Source: Desulfobacterales bacterium (GTDB taxonomy: Bacteria; Desulfobacterota; Desulfobacteria; Desulfobacterales; UBA5616). From it: DNA of 64,000 nucleotides. Positions 28,029 to 37,734 of this stretch are shown here, piece after piece. A program made the translations under genes and the position numbers. Within the stretch, counting starts at the first letter, position 1. The number at the start of each line of letters is the position of its first letter. A model generated the notes under the pieces. It saw only the letters and a list, made by a program, of their open reading frames with translations, was not told the origin of the DNA and searched no databases. The stretch lies in assembly GCA_046483495.1 (NCBI GenBank), contig JAWODC010000067.1, forward strand, positions 32,001-96,000. Reading direction: 5' to 3'.

Positions 28029-29030
28029 GTGTATTTAGCTAAACATATAGTTAACGGCAAACCTCGTTTTTACATACGCGAATCCTATTTTGATGGGGCC
28101 TGTTTCCGTAGCCGGACCCTGTTCGATCTGGATTCGAACCCGGAAAAATATATCATTTATCCCGGCGGAAACGGCTACTATATCGACGAGGTGGTTTGCG
28201 ATGAAATCAGAAAATACGGTGTAAAGAATATAACCGATAAACTCGATGACGTCTTTTGGCCCTTTTTGGATCCCCGCATCAAGCGTGTTCTCGAAGGCTT
28301 TTCGCGAAAACGGACAAGCGGGCGCGGCCGTTTGGATTGCGACAGCAGCAAACACACAGACGATTTTCATATTTTCGACAAGCGCCGCGTTCATTTTATG
28401 CGATTCGGGCGCATGGATCAGGGGAATATCGGCGCCGTTTCACCGAAGCTTATGCGCCGCCTGCAGAATCGGTCCAGGGATGAAATCGAACAATATTTTA
28501 TGCGGTCGGAAGCGATTCTTCGGCCCCATGAAATAAAAAATTATGTTTTTGTCATATTCAATCTGCAGCGACATTTTCAGCGTCTTAACGTCAAAACGAT
28601 GCCTCAGATTCTGGATCCGGACGAACTGGATGCATTCTTTCTGGAGGACATCTGCCGGTTAAACGGGGATGAAGCCTTTTGGTACGGCAGTGAAAAAAAT
28701 GAATCGTTGAACGACTACCTGGTGCGATACCTTATCATGTATTTCGATTATGAATTCGGTCAATCCACCTTTTTGAACGATTACATCCGCCGGTTCATGG
28801 ATGACAGAAGACGCTTCCGTTTTCCCGCACCCCAAACCACCGTCGGCCTGGATGAAGCCAGTGACAGGTTCAGGGTGGAGAAGTCGGTGCTGAAAAAAAT
28901 GACCCGTCGCGAGTTGACATCCCGATATCGAAAACTCGCCTTGAAATTGCATCCCGACCAGGGCGGTGACCACGAACGATTTATCAAGTTGACCGAAGCA
29001 TACAAGGCAATGATCAGGAAAAAAACATAA
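28029..29030 (+). CDS. hypothetical protein with C-terminal J domain
   Basis: C-terminal YRKLALKLHPDQGG...FIKLTEAY; N-terminal YIRESY beta-rich segment. Confidence 0.8.
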   Translation: MYLAKHIVNGKPRFYIRESYFDGACFRSRTLFDLDSNPEKYIIYPGGNGYYIDEVVCDEIRKYGVKNITDKLDDVFWPFLDPRIKRVLEGFSRKRTSGRGRLDCDSSKHTDDFHIFDKRRVHFMRFGRMDQGNIGAVSPKLMRRLQNRSRDEIEQYFMRSEAILRPHEIKNYVFVIFNLQRHFQRLNVKTMPQILDPDELDAFFLEDICRLNGDEAFWYGSEKNESLNDYLVRYLIMYFDYEFGQSTFLNDYIRRFMDDRRRFRFPAPQTTVGLDEASDRFRVEKSVLKKMTRRELTSRYRKLALKLHPDQGGDHERFIKLTEAYKAMIRKKT

Positions 29031-29108
29031 GCGATCAACACAACACCGGGACCACTTCCGTGTACATGGTGAAAAGTCGATAAAATACAACGGTTTGAAT
29101 GAAAATTG

Positions 29109-29642
29109 TTATAGATTCAGCAAATCCTTGACCAGATAAATGCCTGTAATGGTTTTCGCATCCGCTATTCGTCCCGAACGAATCATTTCCATCGCAGCAT
29201 CGAAATCGATCCGGTGAACATCCAGAATTTCGTTGCGGTCCAGTTTTTGCGAAGCGGGCATTAAGTCACGGGCGAGGTACAGATGGATTCTTTCATCCGT
29301 GTAACCGGGCGCCGGTGTAATATCGCCCAGCTTTTTCCAGGATGCGGCATTCATGCCCGTTTCCTCGATGAGTTCTCTCTTGGCGCAGTCCAGAGGCGCC
29401 TCACCCGGGTCAAGGGTGCCGGCGGGTATTTCCCAGATATATCCTCCGACAACATAACGGTACTGTTTCAGCATTAAAATGGTGTTGTTGTCGGCCGTTA
29501 TGGCCACCATGGCGGCCGCACCGGGATGACGCACCACGTCCATATTTACCGTTGAACCATTTTCCAGAGTGATGTTATCCCTGAAAACATGAAACGCCCT
29601 GCCTTGATAGATGCATTCACGGCGGTTCAATTTTGCCGTCAT
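29109..29642 (-). CDS. NUDIX hydrolase, ADP-ribose pyrophosphatase-like
   Basis: HPGAA, QYRY, EIPAG...AKRELIEETG Nudix box, PG, DAKT; start moved to ATG 29642. Confidence 0.88.
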   Translation of the reverse strand: MTAKLNRRECIYQGRAFHVFRDNITLENGSTVNMDVVRHPGAAAMVAITADNNTILMLKQYRYVVGGYIWEIPAGTLDPGEAPLDCAKRELIEETGMNAASWKKLGDITPAPGYTDERIHLYLARDLMPASQKLDRNEILDVHRIDFDAAMEMIRSGRIADAKTITGIYLVKDLLNL

Positions 29643-29758
29643 CAGCGAATTTCCTTTTTCAATTGATTCGGGAAGATGTAATCTGCTACAGAAAGACTGA
29701 CACAAACAGGTGGAAAAAACAAGGACGGAAAATTACGATCAATCGTGAGGAAGCAAAG

Positions 29759-30748
29759 ATGCAGTGGAAAACGCCTGTCACAGACCTGCTGGGATGCCGC
29801 TATCCAATTCTTGAAGGCGCCTATGGCGGGATCGGCACCTGGAAATTTGCCGCGGCCGTTGCCGAAACGGGGGCTTTCGGTTTGATTACCGCCTCCGTCT
29901 ACAAAACCCCGGAGAAACTGGAGGATGCCATAAAACAGTGCCGCGATGCGACCGGCGGTGCCTTTGGCGTAAACATCAGCATCGGCATATGCCCCCGCAT
30001 CGATGAGATGCTGGATGTGTGCATTTCCCAGCGCGTTCCCGTGGAAACAGCCGCCTATAAGCCGGATGCCCTTGCCGGCCGGATCAGGGAATCAGGCATT
30101 GCGTGGGTCCATAAATCCGCCCGGATCAAAGATGCTCTTCATGCCGAACGCCTGGGCGCCCACGCAGCCATCATCGTCGGTCTCGAAGGGGTCGGATTCA
30201 AGAATCCCGAGCAGTTGCCGACCCTGATCACCACCACCCTCGCCAAAAAAATGCTCCACATTCCGCTGATCGCCGCAGGGGGGATCGCCGATGCATCGGG
30301 GTTTATGGGGGTCCTTGGAATGGGTGCCGATGCGTTAATGATGGGCACCGCCTTTATGGCCACAGATGAGTGTCCCCTGGGAAAAACAGCCAAGGAAAAA
30401 ATTATCGGATCGTCACCGATGGATCCGCGGCTTCGGCACCAGGTGCTGTCGCCGCCGGACCCGCAAGCCTATCGAGAGGTGATGGCGCTGCGCGGGGAGC
30501 TTCCGGTAGACAAATGGCTCCGCATGCTGGAGCGTGTCAATTTAAAATACGATGCCTGGCGGACGGATGTCGAGGCTGATGGTGAATATTCGTTTGACGA
30601 AGAATGGGGACGTGAAGGCCCCAGCAAAATCGTCTCACTGGCGGCCGGTGTGCTGGAACGGGTGATGCCGGTAAAGGAATTCATCGGAAAAATGGTTCAC
30701 GATGCCGAAACCAGGCTCGAGAAAATGGCCCTGTTAAGGGCATCGTGA
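29759..30748 (+). CDS. nitronate monooxygenase / FabK-like FMN oxidoreductase
   Basis: T.LLG.RYPI, FGVN, AAGGIAD, MGTAF...EC; start moved to ATG 29759. Confidence 0.8.
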   Translation: MQWKTPVTDLLGCRYPILEGAYGGIGTWKFAAAVAETGAFGLITASVYKTPEKLEDAIKQCRDATGGAFGVNISIGICPRIDEMLDVCISQRVPVETAAYKPDALAGRIRESGIAWVHKSARIKDALHAERLGAHAAIIVGLEGVGFKNPEQLPTLITTTLAKKMLHIPLIAAGGIADASGFMGVLGMGADALMMGTAFMATDECPLGKTAKEKIIGSSPMDPRLRHQVLSPPDPQAYREVMALRGELPVDKWLRMLERVNLKYDAWRTDVEADGEYSFDEEWGREGPSKIVSLAAGVLERVMPVKEFIGKMVHDAETRLEKMALLRAS

Positions 30749-30829
30749 GCCTGTCGGAATGACCTCGAAGAACAAGCAAATACGTGTTGCGAGGACACGA
30801 ATTCAAGCCGATTCAGGAAGGAACCCTAT

Positions 30830-32080
30830 ATGGAAGAACGCATGCTTGACGGCTACCGAGTGCTGGACCTGACCGAAGGCGGGTACCTGCTCGGAGGCCA
30901 GATTCTCGGTGATTTAGGTGCTGATGTTCTAAAAATCGAACCCCCGGGAGGAAGTCCCAGCAGAAACAGGGGGCCTTTTTACAAGGACATACCGCACCTT
31001 GAAAAAAGCCTGTTCTGGTTTGCCTACAACCGAAACAAACGCGGCATTACGCTGAACCTCGAATGCACCGGCGGGCGGCGGATTTTTCGACAGCTTGTCC
31101 AAACGGCGGACATCGTGCTCTCTTCCCATGATCCGGGTTATCTGGACGGCCTCGGTTTGGGATATCCAGACTTCGCTGAAATAAAAAGCGATATCATCCT
31201 CACATCCATTTCCCCATACGGCCTGGAAGGGCCGAAAGCACACTATAAAATGTCCGACCTTACGACGTGGGCCTCCGGGATGGTGCATGCCATCACCGGA
31301 GATCCCGATCGGGCGCCCACATGGATGAGTTATCCGACCGCCGGGTTGGTGGGCGGCATTCTCGGGGCAATCGGATCGTTGTTCGCCCTCTGGCATCGGG
31401 AAATCACCGGAGAAGGGCAGCATGTGGATGCACCGGTGCAGCAGTACCTGCTCCATTACACCACCGGGGCTCACTGGTTCTGGGAATGCATGCAGTTTGA
31501 TTTTCCCCGTCTGGGCCGGTTTATGACATCCGGATTCACGAAAACCGCCAATATACGGCCCTGCAAAGACGGTTATGTCCATTGCGTGGTGGGATGGGGT
31601 GCCGCTGCCGGGTTCTCGGACAGCACCGCGCGACTGGTCGAATGGATGAACGAAGAGAACATGGCACCCGATTGGCTGACGGCGATCGACTGGTTCAATC
31701 TGGGCTCTGATGTTTCCAAAATGACGCAGGAGGAAATGGATCGCATTCAGAAACCCTTCGATGACTTTTTGCTGACCAAAACAACACAGGAATTTTCTGA
31801 AGAGGCAGCCCGGCGGGGAATCATGGGATGTCCTGTCTCCAACAGCCAGGATATCTGCCGGGACCCTCATCTTGAAGCCAGGGGTTTCTGGGAATCGGTG
31901 AGACATCCGGAACTTGATGATACACTGACCTATTGCGGCCCGTTCGTGAAACTTTCCGAGGCGCCCATGCGGGTGCAGCGCCGGGCGCCGCTGATCGGCG
32001 AGCACAACGCCGAAATTTACAATGAGCTGAGAATATCGAAAGAAGAAATACTTCTATTAAAGCAGGCCGGAACGATTTAG
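30830..32080 (+). CDS. class III CoA-transferase subunit (CaiB/BaiF; BbsE-like, lacks catalytic Asp)
   Basis: LDGYRVLDL, LGDLGADVLKIEPPGG, NRNKRGITLNL, APLIGEH. Confidence 0.88.
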   Translation: MEERMLDGYRVLDLTEGGYLLGGQILGDLGADVLKIEPPGGSPSRNRGPFYKDIPHLEKSLFWFAYNRNKRGITLNLECTGGRRIFRQLVQTADIVLSSHDPGYLDGLGLGYPDFAEIKSDIILTSISPYGLEGPKAHYKMSDLTTWASGMVHAITGDPDRAPTWMSYPTAGLVGGILGAIGSLFALWHREITGEGQHVDAPVQQYLLHYTTGAHWFWECMQFDFPRLGRFMTSGFTKTANIRPCKDGYVHCVVGWGAAAGFSDSTARLVEWMNEENMAPDWLTAIDWFNLGSDVSKMTQEEMDRIQKPFDDFLLTKTTQEFSEEAARRGIMGCPVSNSQDICRDPHLEARGFWESVRHPELDDTLTYCGPFVKLSEAPMRVQRRAPLIGEHNAEIYNELRISKEEILLLKQAGTI

Positions 32081-32099
32081 CCGGAGTTTTAATTTCTCG

Positions 32100-33401
32100 A
32101 TGGAAACCGGTCAACATCCGATTCGATTTGGAGAACGACTTGTGGAACAGCAAACACATACATCGATTTTCAGCGGCATACGAATCCTGGATTTCGGAAT
32201 GGCGGCGACGGTTCCGCTTGCCATGACCTGGATGGGCGATTTCGGGGCTACCGTCATAAAGATCGAGAGCCATTTAAGGCCCGATATTTCCCGAGCGGGG
32301 GGGCCGTTCTATCAGGCGCGGATGGGGGAACTCGAGCAAAACGGATGGCAGCAGTGGCTCAATTCCAGCAAATACAGCATGACCCTGAATCTTTCCAAAC
32401 CTGAGGGAAGAGAACTGGTTCTTCGCATAATCCGGGATTGGCGGCCTCACATTATAGCAGAATCTTTCAGACCCGGCGTGATGAAAAAATTCGGGCTCGA
32501 TTACGAAAGCATTTGCCGCATCAAACCGGACATCATTTATTGGAGCACCTGTCTGGAAGGGCAGTACGGTCCACATTCCCGTCGGCTGGGGTACGGAACG
32601 GTAAGTACAAACCTGTCGGGTGCCAGTTACCTGGCCGGATGGCCGGATCGGCCTCCCGCGGGTATGCCTCTTGCTTACGGCGATTTTTCGGCCACCGGAA
32701 CCGGTCTGTTGACTCTGGTGAGCGCCCTGATCCGCTGGAAAAAAACAGGTAAAGGCGTGCACATCGACCAGTCACAATACGAGGTCAATGTGCATGTCCT
32801 CGCCGGAGTGATCATGGAATATCTTGTGAACGGCAGGGTCATGAATCGGAACGGCAACCGTCTCCCATATGCCGCTCCCCACGGTGTGTTCCCCTGCCGG
32901 GGTGAAGACCGGTGGGTGGCCGTTTCCGTATTTACAGAAGATGAATGGCGCCGATTCGGTGATGTTCTGGGAAACCCCGAGTGGGTGAAAGACCCAAAAT
33001 TTTCGACACTTTTTCTGCGCAAACGCCATGAAGACGATCTGGAGGATCATATTTCCCAGTGGACTGCCGGCTATGATGCCCATACGGTCGAGAAGATGAT
33101 GCAGGAGAACGGAATTGCCGCAAACGTGGTGGAGACGGGAAAGGATATTTACGAAGACCCCCAGTTGGCGCACTACGGCCACTTTCGGGAATTGGACCAT
33201 CCGGAAATCGGAAAAATCAGAAGCGAGATTCCTCCCTTCAAGTTCTCGAAATCCGCGGACCGGCATTTCAGAGCCCCATTGCTTGGAGAGCACAATCATT
33301 ATGTCCTTTCCGAGCTTCTCGGGATGTCTGATGACGAGATATCCGACTTGTATGCCGACGGCGTGATTACGACGGATGCGGATCTCCCGGGCCAGGGCTG
33401 A
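32100..33401 (+). CDS. class III CoA-transferase subunit (CaiB/BaiF; BbsF-like)
   Basis: RILDF, GATVIKIES, ESFRPGVM, PP...AYGD catalytic Asp, APLLGEH; alternative start GTG 32142. Confidence 0.88.
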   Translation: METGQHPIRFGERLVEQQTHTSIFSGIRILDFGMAATVPLAMTWMGDFGATVIKIESHLRPDISRAGGPFYQARMGELEQNGWQQWLNSSKYSMTLNLSKPEGRELVLRIIRDWRPHIIAESFRPGVMKKFGLDYESICRIKPDIIYWSTCLEGQYGPHSRRLGYGTVSTNLSGASYLAGWPDRPPAGMPLAYGDFSATGTGLLTLVSALIRWKKTGKGVHIDQSQYEVNVHVLAGVIMEYLVNGRVMNRNGNRLPYAAPHGVFPCRGEDRWVAVSVFTEDEWRRFGDVLGNPEWVKDPKFSTLFLRKRHEDDLEDHISQWTAGYDAHTVEKMMQENGIAANVVETGKDIYEDPQLAHYGHFRELDHPEIGKIRSEIPPFKFSKSADRHFRAPLLGEHNHYVLSELLGMSDDEISDLYADGVITTDADLPGQG

Positions 33402-33426
33402 TTCCGGGCATCGATGATCGGATCAT

Positions 33427-34689
33427 TTACTCGGCCAGGTAGTATGCAAGCTCCTTGGTCAGCGCGGCAAGATCGTCCAGATAAACGAATTCATCGGATG
33501 AATGCGCGGTGAGGTCCGACCCCCTGCTGCCGGCCCCAAAGCACGCGATATCCGCGGACTGCGGCTTCAGCGCTTCGATTACGAATCCCAAATCGCTGGA
33601 GCCGCTGAAGCCCCCGAAAATAAATTCATCATACCCGTACACAGCCTTAGCCGCCGCCAGTTTCTTTTTTACGGCAAAGCTGTCCGGGTTTATAACAACC
33701 GGTGGATAGCAGTGCACCGTTTCGATTTTCATATCGATGAGCCGCGTTTTACGTTGGCTGTTTTTTACCGCGTTTTCCACTTCCGAGATGACATCTTCCA
33801 AGCGTTCGTCCGGCAAATACCTCCGGTTGATGGTGAGCGTACATTCGCTGGGAACGATGTTTTCCTTGACACCCCCGTGCATCATGTTCAGGTTGAACAT
33901 GGGGGTCATCCTTTCGAACGGGCATCCGGGAATCGGCAGGGCCGGAATTCCGGACAGGCGCTGCTCAACCTGCTTCTTCAGCGCAATCAGTTCGTTTAAA
34001 ACAGGAACGAACTCTTCAATGGCGTTCACACCCAGGTAGTTGAGCCCGGAATGGCAGCTTCTGCCCACGCTCGTGATATCGAACCGAATGGCACCGGCCA
34101 ATCCCGTAAAAACGGCCGGATCCAGGGATCCGATCTCGAGCCACAAGATATGCGGTGAGAAATACCCCTCTTCTGCAAGATAACGCGCTCCCGGATACAC
34201 GCCGATTTCCTCATCGGTGCACAGGCAGCACCGTACGGAATAGGCGGGTTCGGTTCCCGTCTCGTGCAGGGCCTTTAGTGCGCCCAAAAAACAGGCGGTC
34301 GCCCCCTTCATATCCACTGCACCCCGGCCGTACAGTTTGCCGTCGACGATTTCTCCACCGAAGGGATCGCGGGTCCATGGCTCTTCGACAGGTACGACAT
34401 CCATATGGGCATACGCCGTAACCGGCGGTTTGCCGTTTTGACGGGTGGCCACCAGGTTCACCCGTTCACCGGAGAGATTCCATGGCATCAGGTTCACCTT
34501 TTCTTCCGGTACAATAATTTTTTGGGTGGTGAAGCCGAATTTTTCGAATTCCGGCGCCACAAGGTCGACAAAGTCGCCGTAATGCCGACCCGGCGGCACG
34601 GACGTGTCAACGGCGATCATGCGTTTTAGAACATCGATGACATACGGGAGATTGCGGTCGATATGGGAGAATAACGTCTTATGATCCAT
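33427..34689 (-). CDS. M20 family metallo-amidohydrolase (ArgE/DapE-like)
   Basis: AHMDVVP, GRGAVDMKG, DEE, H...DE; start moved to ATG 34689. Confidence 0.88.
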   Translation of the reverse strand: MDHKTLFSHIDRNLPYVIDVLKRMIAVDTSVPPGRHYGDFVDLVAPEFEKFGFTTQKIIVPEEKVNLMPWNLSGERVNLVATRQNGKPPVTAYAHMDVVPVEEPWTRDPFGGEIVDGKLYGRGAVDMKGATACFLGALKALHETGTEPAYSVRCCLCTDEEIGVYPGARYLAEEGYFSPHILWLEIGSLDPAVFTGLAGAIRFDITSVGRSCHSGLNYLGVNAIEEFVPVLNELIALKKQVEQRLSGIPALPIPGCPFERMTPMFNLNMMHGGVKENIVPSECTLTINRRYLPDERLEDVISEVENAVKNSQRKTRLIDMKIETVHCYPPVVINPDSFAVKKKLAAAKAVYGYDEFIFGGFSGSSDLGFVIEALKPQSADIACFGAGSRGSDLTAHSSDEFVYLDDLAALTKELAYYLAE

Positions 34690-34711
34690 CCTGGTTTTCC
34701 TTTTTTTTGAA

Positions 34712-35554
34712 TCAAACCTTCTTCTTGACGGCCTGGGGTATGCCGCCGGGGTCAACGGGAATACCGAACAGCTTTTCATTGTGGCTATGGCATACCTGAT
34801 GCAGCCCGAATACGGCATCGATAGCCTGCTGCTGTCCTGCAATATCCTGGGAATAATTGACTGCTTTTTTGGCCGTTTTCAAGGCAAATAGCGGCTTTTC
34901 AGCAATTTTTTTGGCCATATCCAGTGTAACGTTCTCCAGGTCGTCGTTGGCGACCACATGGTTGACCATCCCAAGCCGGTAGGCTTCCTGTGCCGTCCAC
35001 CAGTCGGCCGTAAACAGGAACTCCTTGGCTTTGCGGGGACCGAGCTCATAAGGGTGCATAAAAAATTCAACGCCGCATACCCCCATATTGACCACCGGGT
35101 CACAGAAAAGGGCATCTTCCCCGGCAATGATGATGTCGCAGGCCCATGCAAGCATCAGCCCACCGGCCATGCATTTGCCGAAAACCTGAGCAATGGTGGG
35201 CTTAGCAAGGTTGCGCCAACGCCGTACCATCTCCAGGTAAATTTCGTTTTCACGGGAATAGCGTCCGTGGGCTCCCCCGTTATCGAAACCGGCCCAGGTT
35301 CCGACAACCGGAAAATCGTTTTTGAGCGCCTTGCCCCCGTCCCCTGCGAGATCATGACCCGACGAAAAATGGGGCGGGCTGCCTGTGAGGATGATGACCT
35401 TGATCTCATCATCCAGGTTGGCCCGGCCAAACGCCTCGTTCAGTTCATAGGTCATCTGCAGATTCTGGGCGTTCCGCGTCTTCGGGCGGTTCATTACAAC
35501 CCTTGCGACACCCGGGGTTGGATTTTCGTAAATGATCGTTTCAAATTCCTCCAT
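34712..35554 (-). CDS. enoyl-CoA hydratase/isomerase (crotonase) family
   Basis: NRP..RNA, FSSGHDL, KPTIAQV.G..AGG, CD, EA.RLGMVN. Confidence 0.88.
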   Translation of the reverse strand: MEEFETIIYENPTPGVARVVMNRPKTRNAQNLQMTYELNEAFGRANLDDEIKVIILTGSPPHFSSGHDLAGDGGKALKNDFPVVGTWAGFDNGGAHGRYSRENEIYLEMVRRWRNLAKPTIAQVFGKCMAGGLMLAWACDIIIAGEDALFCDPVVNMGVCGVEFFMHPYELGPRKAKEFLFTADWWTAQEAYRLGMVNHVVANDDLENVTLDMAKKIAEKPLFALKTAKKAVNYSQDIAGQQQAIDAVFGLHQVCHSHNEKLFGIPVDPGGIPQAVKKKV

Positions 35555-35566
35555 TTTGTGCTCCTC

Positions 35567-36874
35567 TTATTTGGAATGCTGCTGTCCTGAAAGCTGATAG
35601 GAAAACCATTCCGACATAACCAGGGCGGGCTTTTCGCCGTTGCCCGATGGTGCGTCTTTTTGCCAGAATCGGACCCTCATGGTCAGCTCGTTCATGTCAT
35701 ATACCACCTGCCATAAGGGCCTGTAGGTCATGGATGGTCCGTCCGGATCGGCCAGCGGCCCTCTTGGAAAAACCCGTTCGGTTGCCGCGACCATCTCCGA
35801 TTCCGAATATTCACCGTCATGATCGGCAATGATGCCGGAAAGAATGCGGTACCGGTTCATCGAATCATAGGGATCGTCATACGTCTTGGGAAACTCAGAA
35901 AGGGGGGGAAGCGACCAAACCGGGCTGTTGGTCATGATATGCGGTTTGCCTTCACCGTTCTGAATGTAGGCTTGACTGTCCAATGGGTTGATTTCAAAAA
36001 TAAATGAATTTCCTTTTGCATCTCCGACCAGGTAGTGAATGCCGGCCACGAAATCGTAGACCTTGTTGGTCAGCAGCGCGATTTTGGCTTCTTCACAATC
36101 CCGAGCGGTTTCCAGAACCATCCGCATCGTCTGAGTCGGGTGCAGGCCGATGACCCGGTTTCCTGAAGGCGGGATCAGGGCTTTGGGGCGACCCTGATCC
36201 ACCAACCCGTATATGGTCAGGCCGTGTTCATTCATGCCGTCCCAGGGCCCGCTCAAAATCTCGGCGGCGCCGATGTAAATGGCGGCATACCCGTCATCGG
36301 GATAGGATTCGACAATGTATATGTCGCCGAAAATATCGGGTTCACCGTCTTGCCGGGGTTTTCCAAGAAGTTGACTGATGCTGCCGGTGGAAAAATCCAT
36401 ATTGCGGACGGCCATGCAGTTTCCGGACGAGGTATGTTCGCCCGGAAAGTATATCATGGAGCAGCCGAATTCTCCCACACTGTACGCGATGGAGGTGGGG
36501 TCCACCCCGGGCTCATCGGTCTGCCTGCCATAAGCTTCCAATGCACCCCTGGAGCGTTCCAGCAGTTGGGGATAGTTCTTTTCCAGATAGGCATATCGGG
36601 CCTTGCCGTATATCGGGTCCGGGTTTTCCGCCAGGCTGACCTGATAGCGCTCCTTGGCGATCTGCGCGAGTTTTTGACCGATTTCCCGCTGTGTTCCCGT
36701 CAGTCGGAGGTGTCGAACGCAGGGAAAGCTTTCCGGACTTTTTTCCATAACAGTGGTTTCATAACAAGTCGAGCCCGTGTGAGTGCCTTTTTCCAGGGCC
36801 GGCACCGTTGCCGGAAAGATAAGCCCGGCAAACAGAATCAACGAGAACATGAAAATGCGTATTCTGGGGATCAT
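35567..36874 (-). CDS. secreted C45-family Ntn hydrolase (acyl-CoA:acyltransferase / choloylglycine hydrolase-like)
   Basis: signal peptide; G|CS autocleavage nucleophile, RNMDF, DGMNEHGL, HYLVGD..G, TN motifs. Confidence 0.8.
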   Translation of the reverse strand: MIPRIRIFMFSLILFAGLIFPATVPALEKGTHTGSTCYETTVMEKSPESFPCVRHLRLTGTQREIGQKLAQIAKERYQVSLAENPDPIYGKARYAYLEKNYPQLLERSRGALEAYGRQTDEPGVDPTSIAYSVGEFGCSMIYFPGEHTSSGNCMAVRNMDFSTGSISQLLGKPRQDGEPDIFGDIYIVESYPDDGYAAIYIGAAEILSGPWDGMNEHGLTIYGLVDQGRPKALIPPSGNRVIGLHPTQTMRMVLETARDCEEAKIALLTNKVYDFVAGIHYLVGDAKGNSFIFEINPLDSQAYIQNGEGKPHIMTNSPVWSLPPLSEFPKTYDDPYDSMNRYRILSGIIADHDGEYSESEMVAATERVFPRGPLADPDGPSMTYRPLWQVVYDMNELTMRVRFWQKDAPSGNGEKPALVMSEWFSYQLSGQQHSK

Positions 36875-37133
36875 GGTATTCCTCCTGCTGATGGTTGATG
36901 AAAAAGGTCTGCCGTTTCAATTGGATAAACGGGCAAAATAGAAGGAAACGACACCATGTTTTATACCATCGATTTGCGGAGTTGACCACTTTTTTGGCTG
37001 AAAGAATCGATTTTTGCGAAATAATCCCCAAAAGAGAACCAGGCAAATTTTTAAGGCATCATTGACATTAGGGAACATTTCAGTAGATATAAAGGCTGCG
37101 AGCGGATGAGGATATGAAAGGAAGGGCGAGACA

Positions 37134-37715
37134 GTGAATCTGGAAAACGTAAAGAAAATGTTAGGCGATCGATTCAGCTTTGCGGCCGATGATGTATACA
37201 CCGCAATCCAATCGGTGAAATTGCCGGAATCCGCGTATGTTTTGGACGTCGGGACGGGAATCGGGAATATGGCCATTATGCTGGCCCTGCATGGTTATCA
37301 GGTTGTGACCGGAGAACCGGCAGGCGATGATTCGGTCTATGCGGGGCAGGACTGGCAGGCCAACGCCGTCAAGGCCGGTGTTCGCCGGCTGATCCGGTTT
37401 GAGCCGTTCGATGCCGTGAATATGCCCTTCGAGAAAAACGCGTTCGACGGCGTTTTCGCTTTAGGTTCTCTCCACCATGTCTTGCCGGAAAACCGTTTCG
37501 ACGTCATGCGGGAGTGTGTTCGGACGGCAAAAGCCGGGGCTTGCATATGTTTCCTGGAGCCCCGGGAAAAACTGATTCGAATGATACAGCAGCGGGATCC
37601 GGCACATCCTCCTGCAGCGGATCCCTCCGATTACATCAAGGGGCTTCACCTGAATTCCATGTCAACAACCGGCAAACTGTTTCACATGTATTTTTTTAAA
37701 ACAAATAATGCGTGA
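37134..37715 (+). CDS. class I SAM-dependent methyltransferase
   Basis: VLDVGTGIG motif I, DA..MPF...FD, LHH. Confidence 0.82.
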   Translation: MNLENVKKMLGDRFSFAADDVYTAIQSVKLPESAYVLDVGTGIGNMAIMLALHGYQVVTGEPAGDDSVYAGQDWQANAVKAGVRRLIRFEPFDAVNMPFEKNAFDGVFALGSLHHVLPENRFDVMRECVRTAKAGACICFLEPREKLIRMIQQRDPAHPPAADPSDYIKGLHLNSMSTTGKLFHMYFFKTNNA

Positions 37716-37734
37716 GGCGGGAAGGAGGGCAACC

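Noticed and set aside
30929..32005. 358-aa antisense ORF (and similar long shadows at 5060-5866, 54062-54871, 61842-62825)
   Set aside because: They lie wholly opposite well-supported genes and show no motifs; expected from codon bias in moderately GC-rich DNA.
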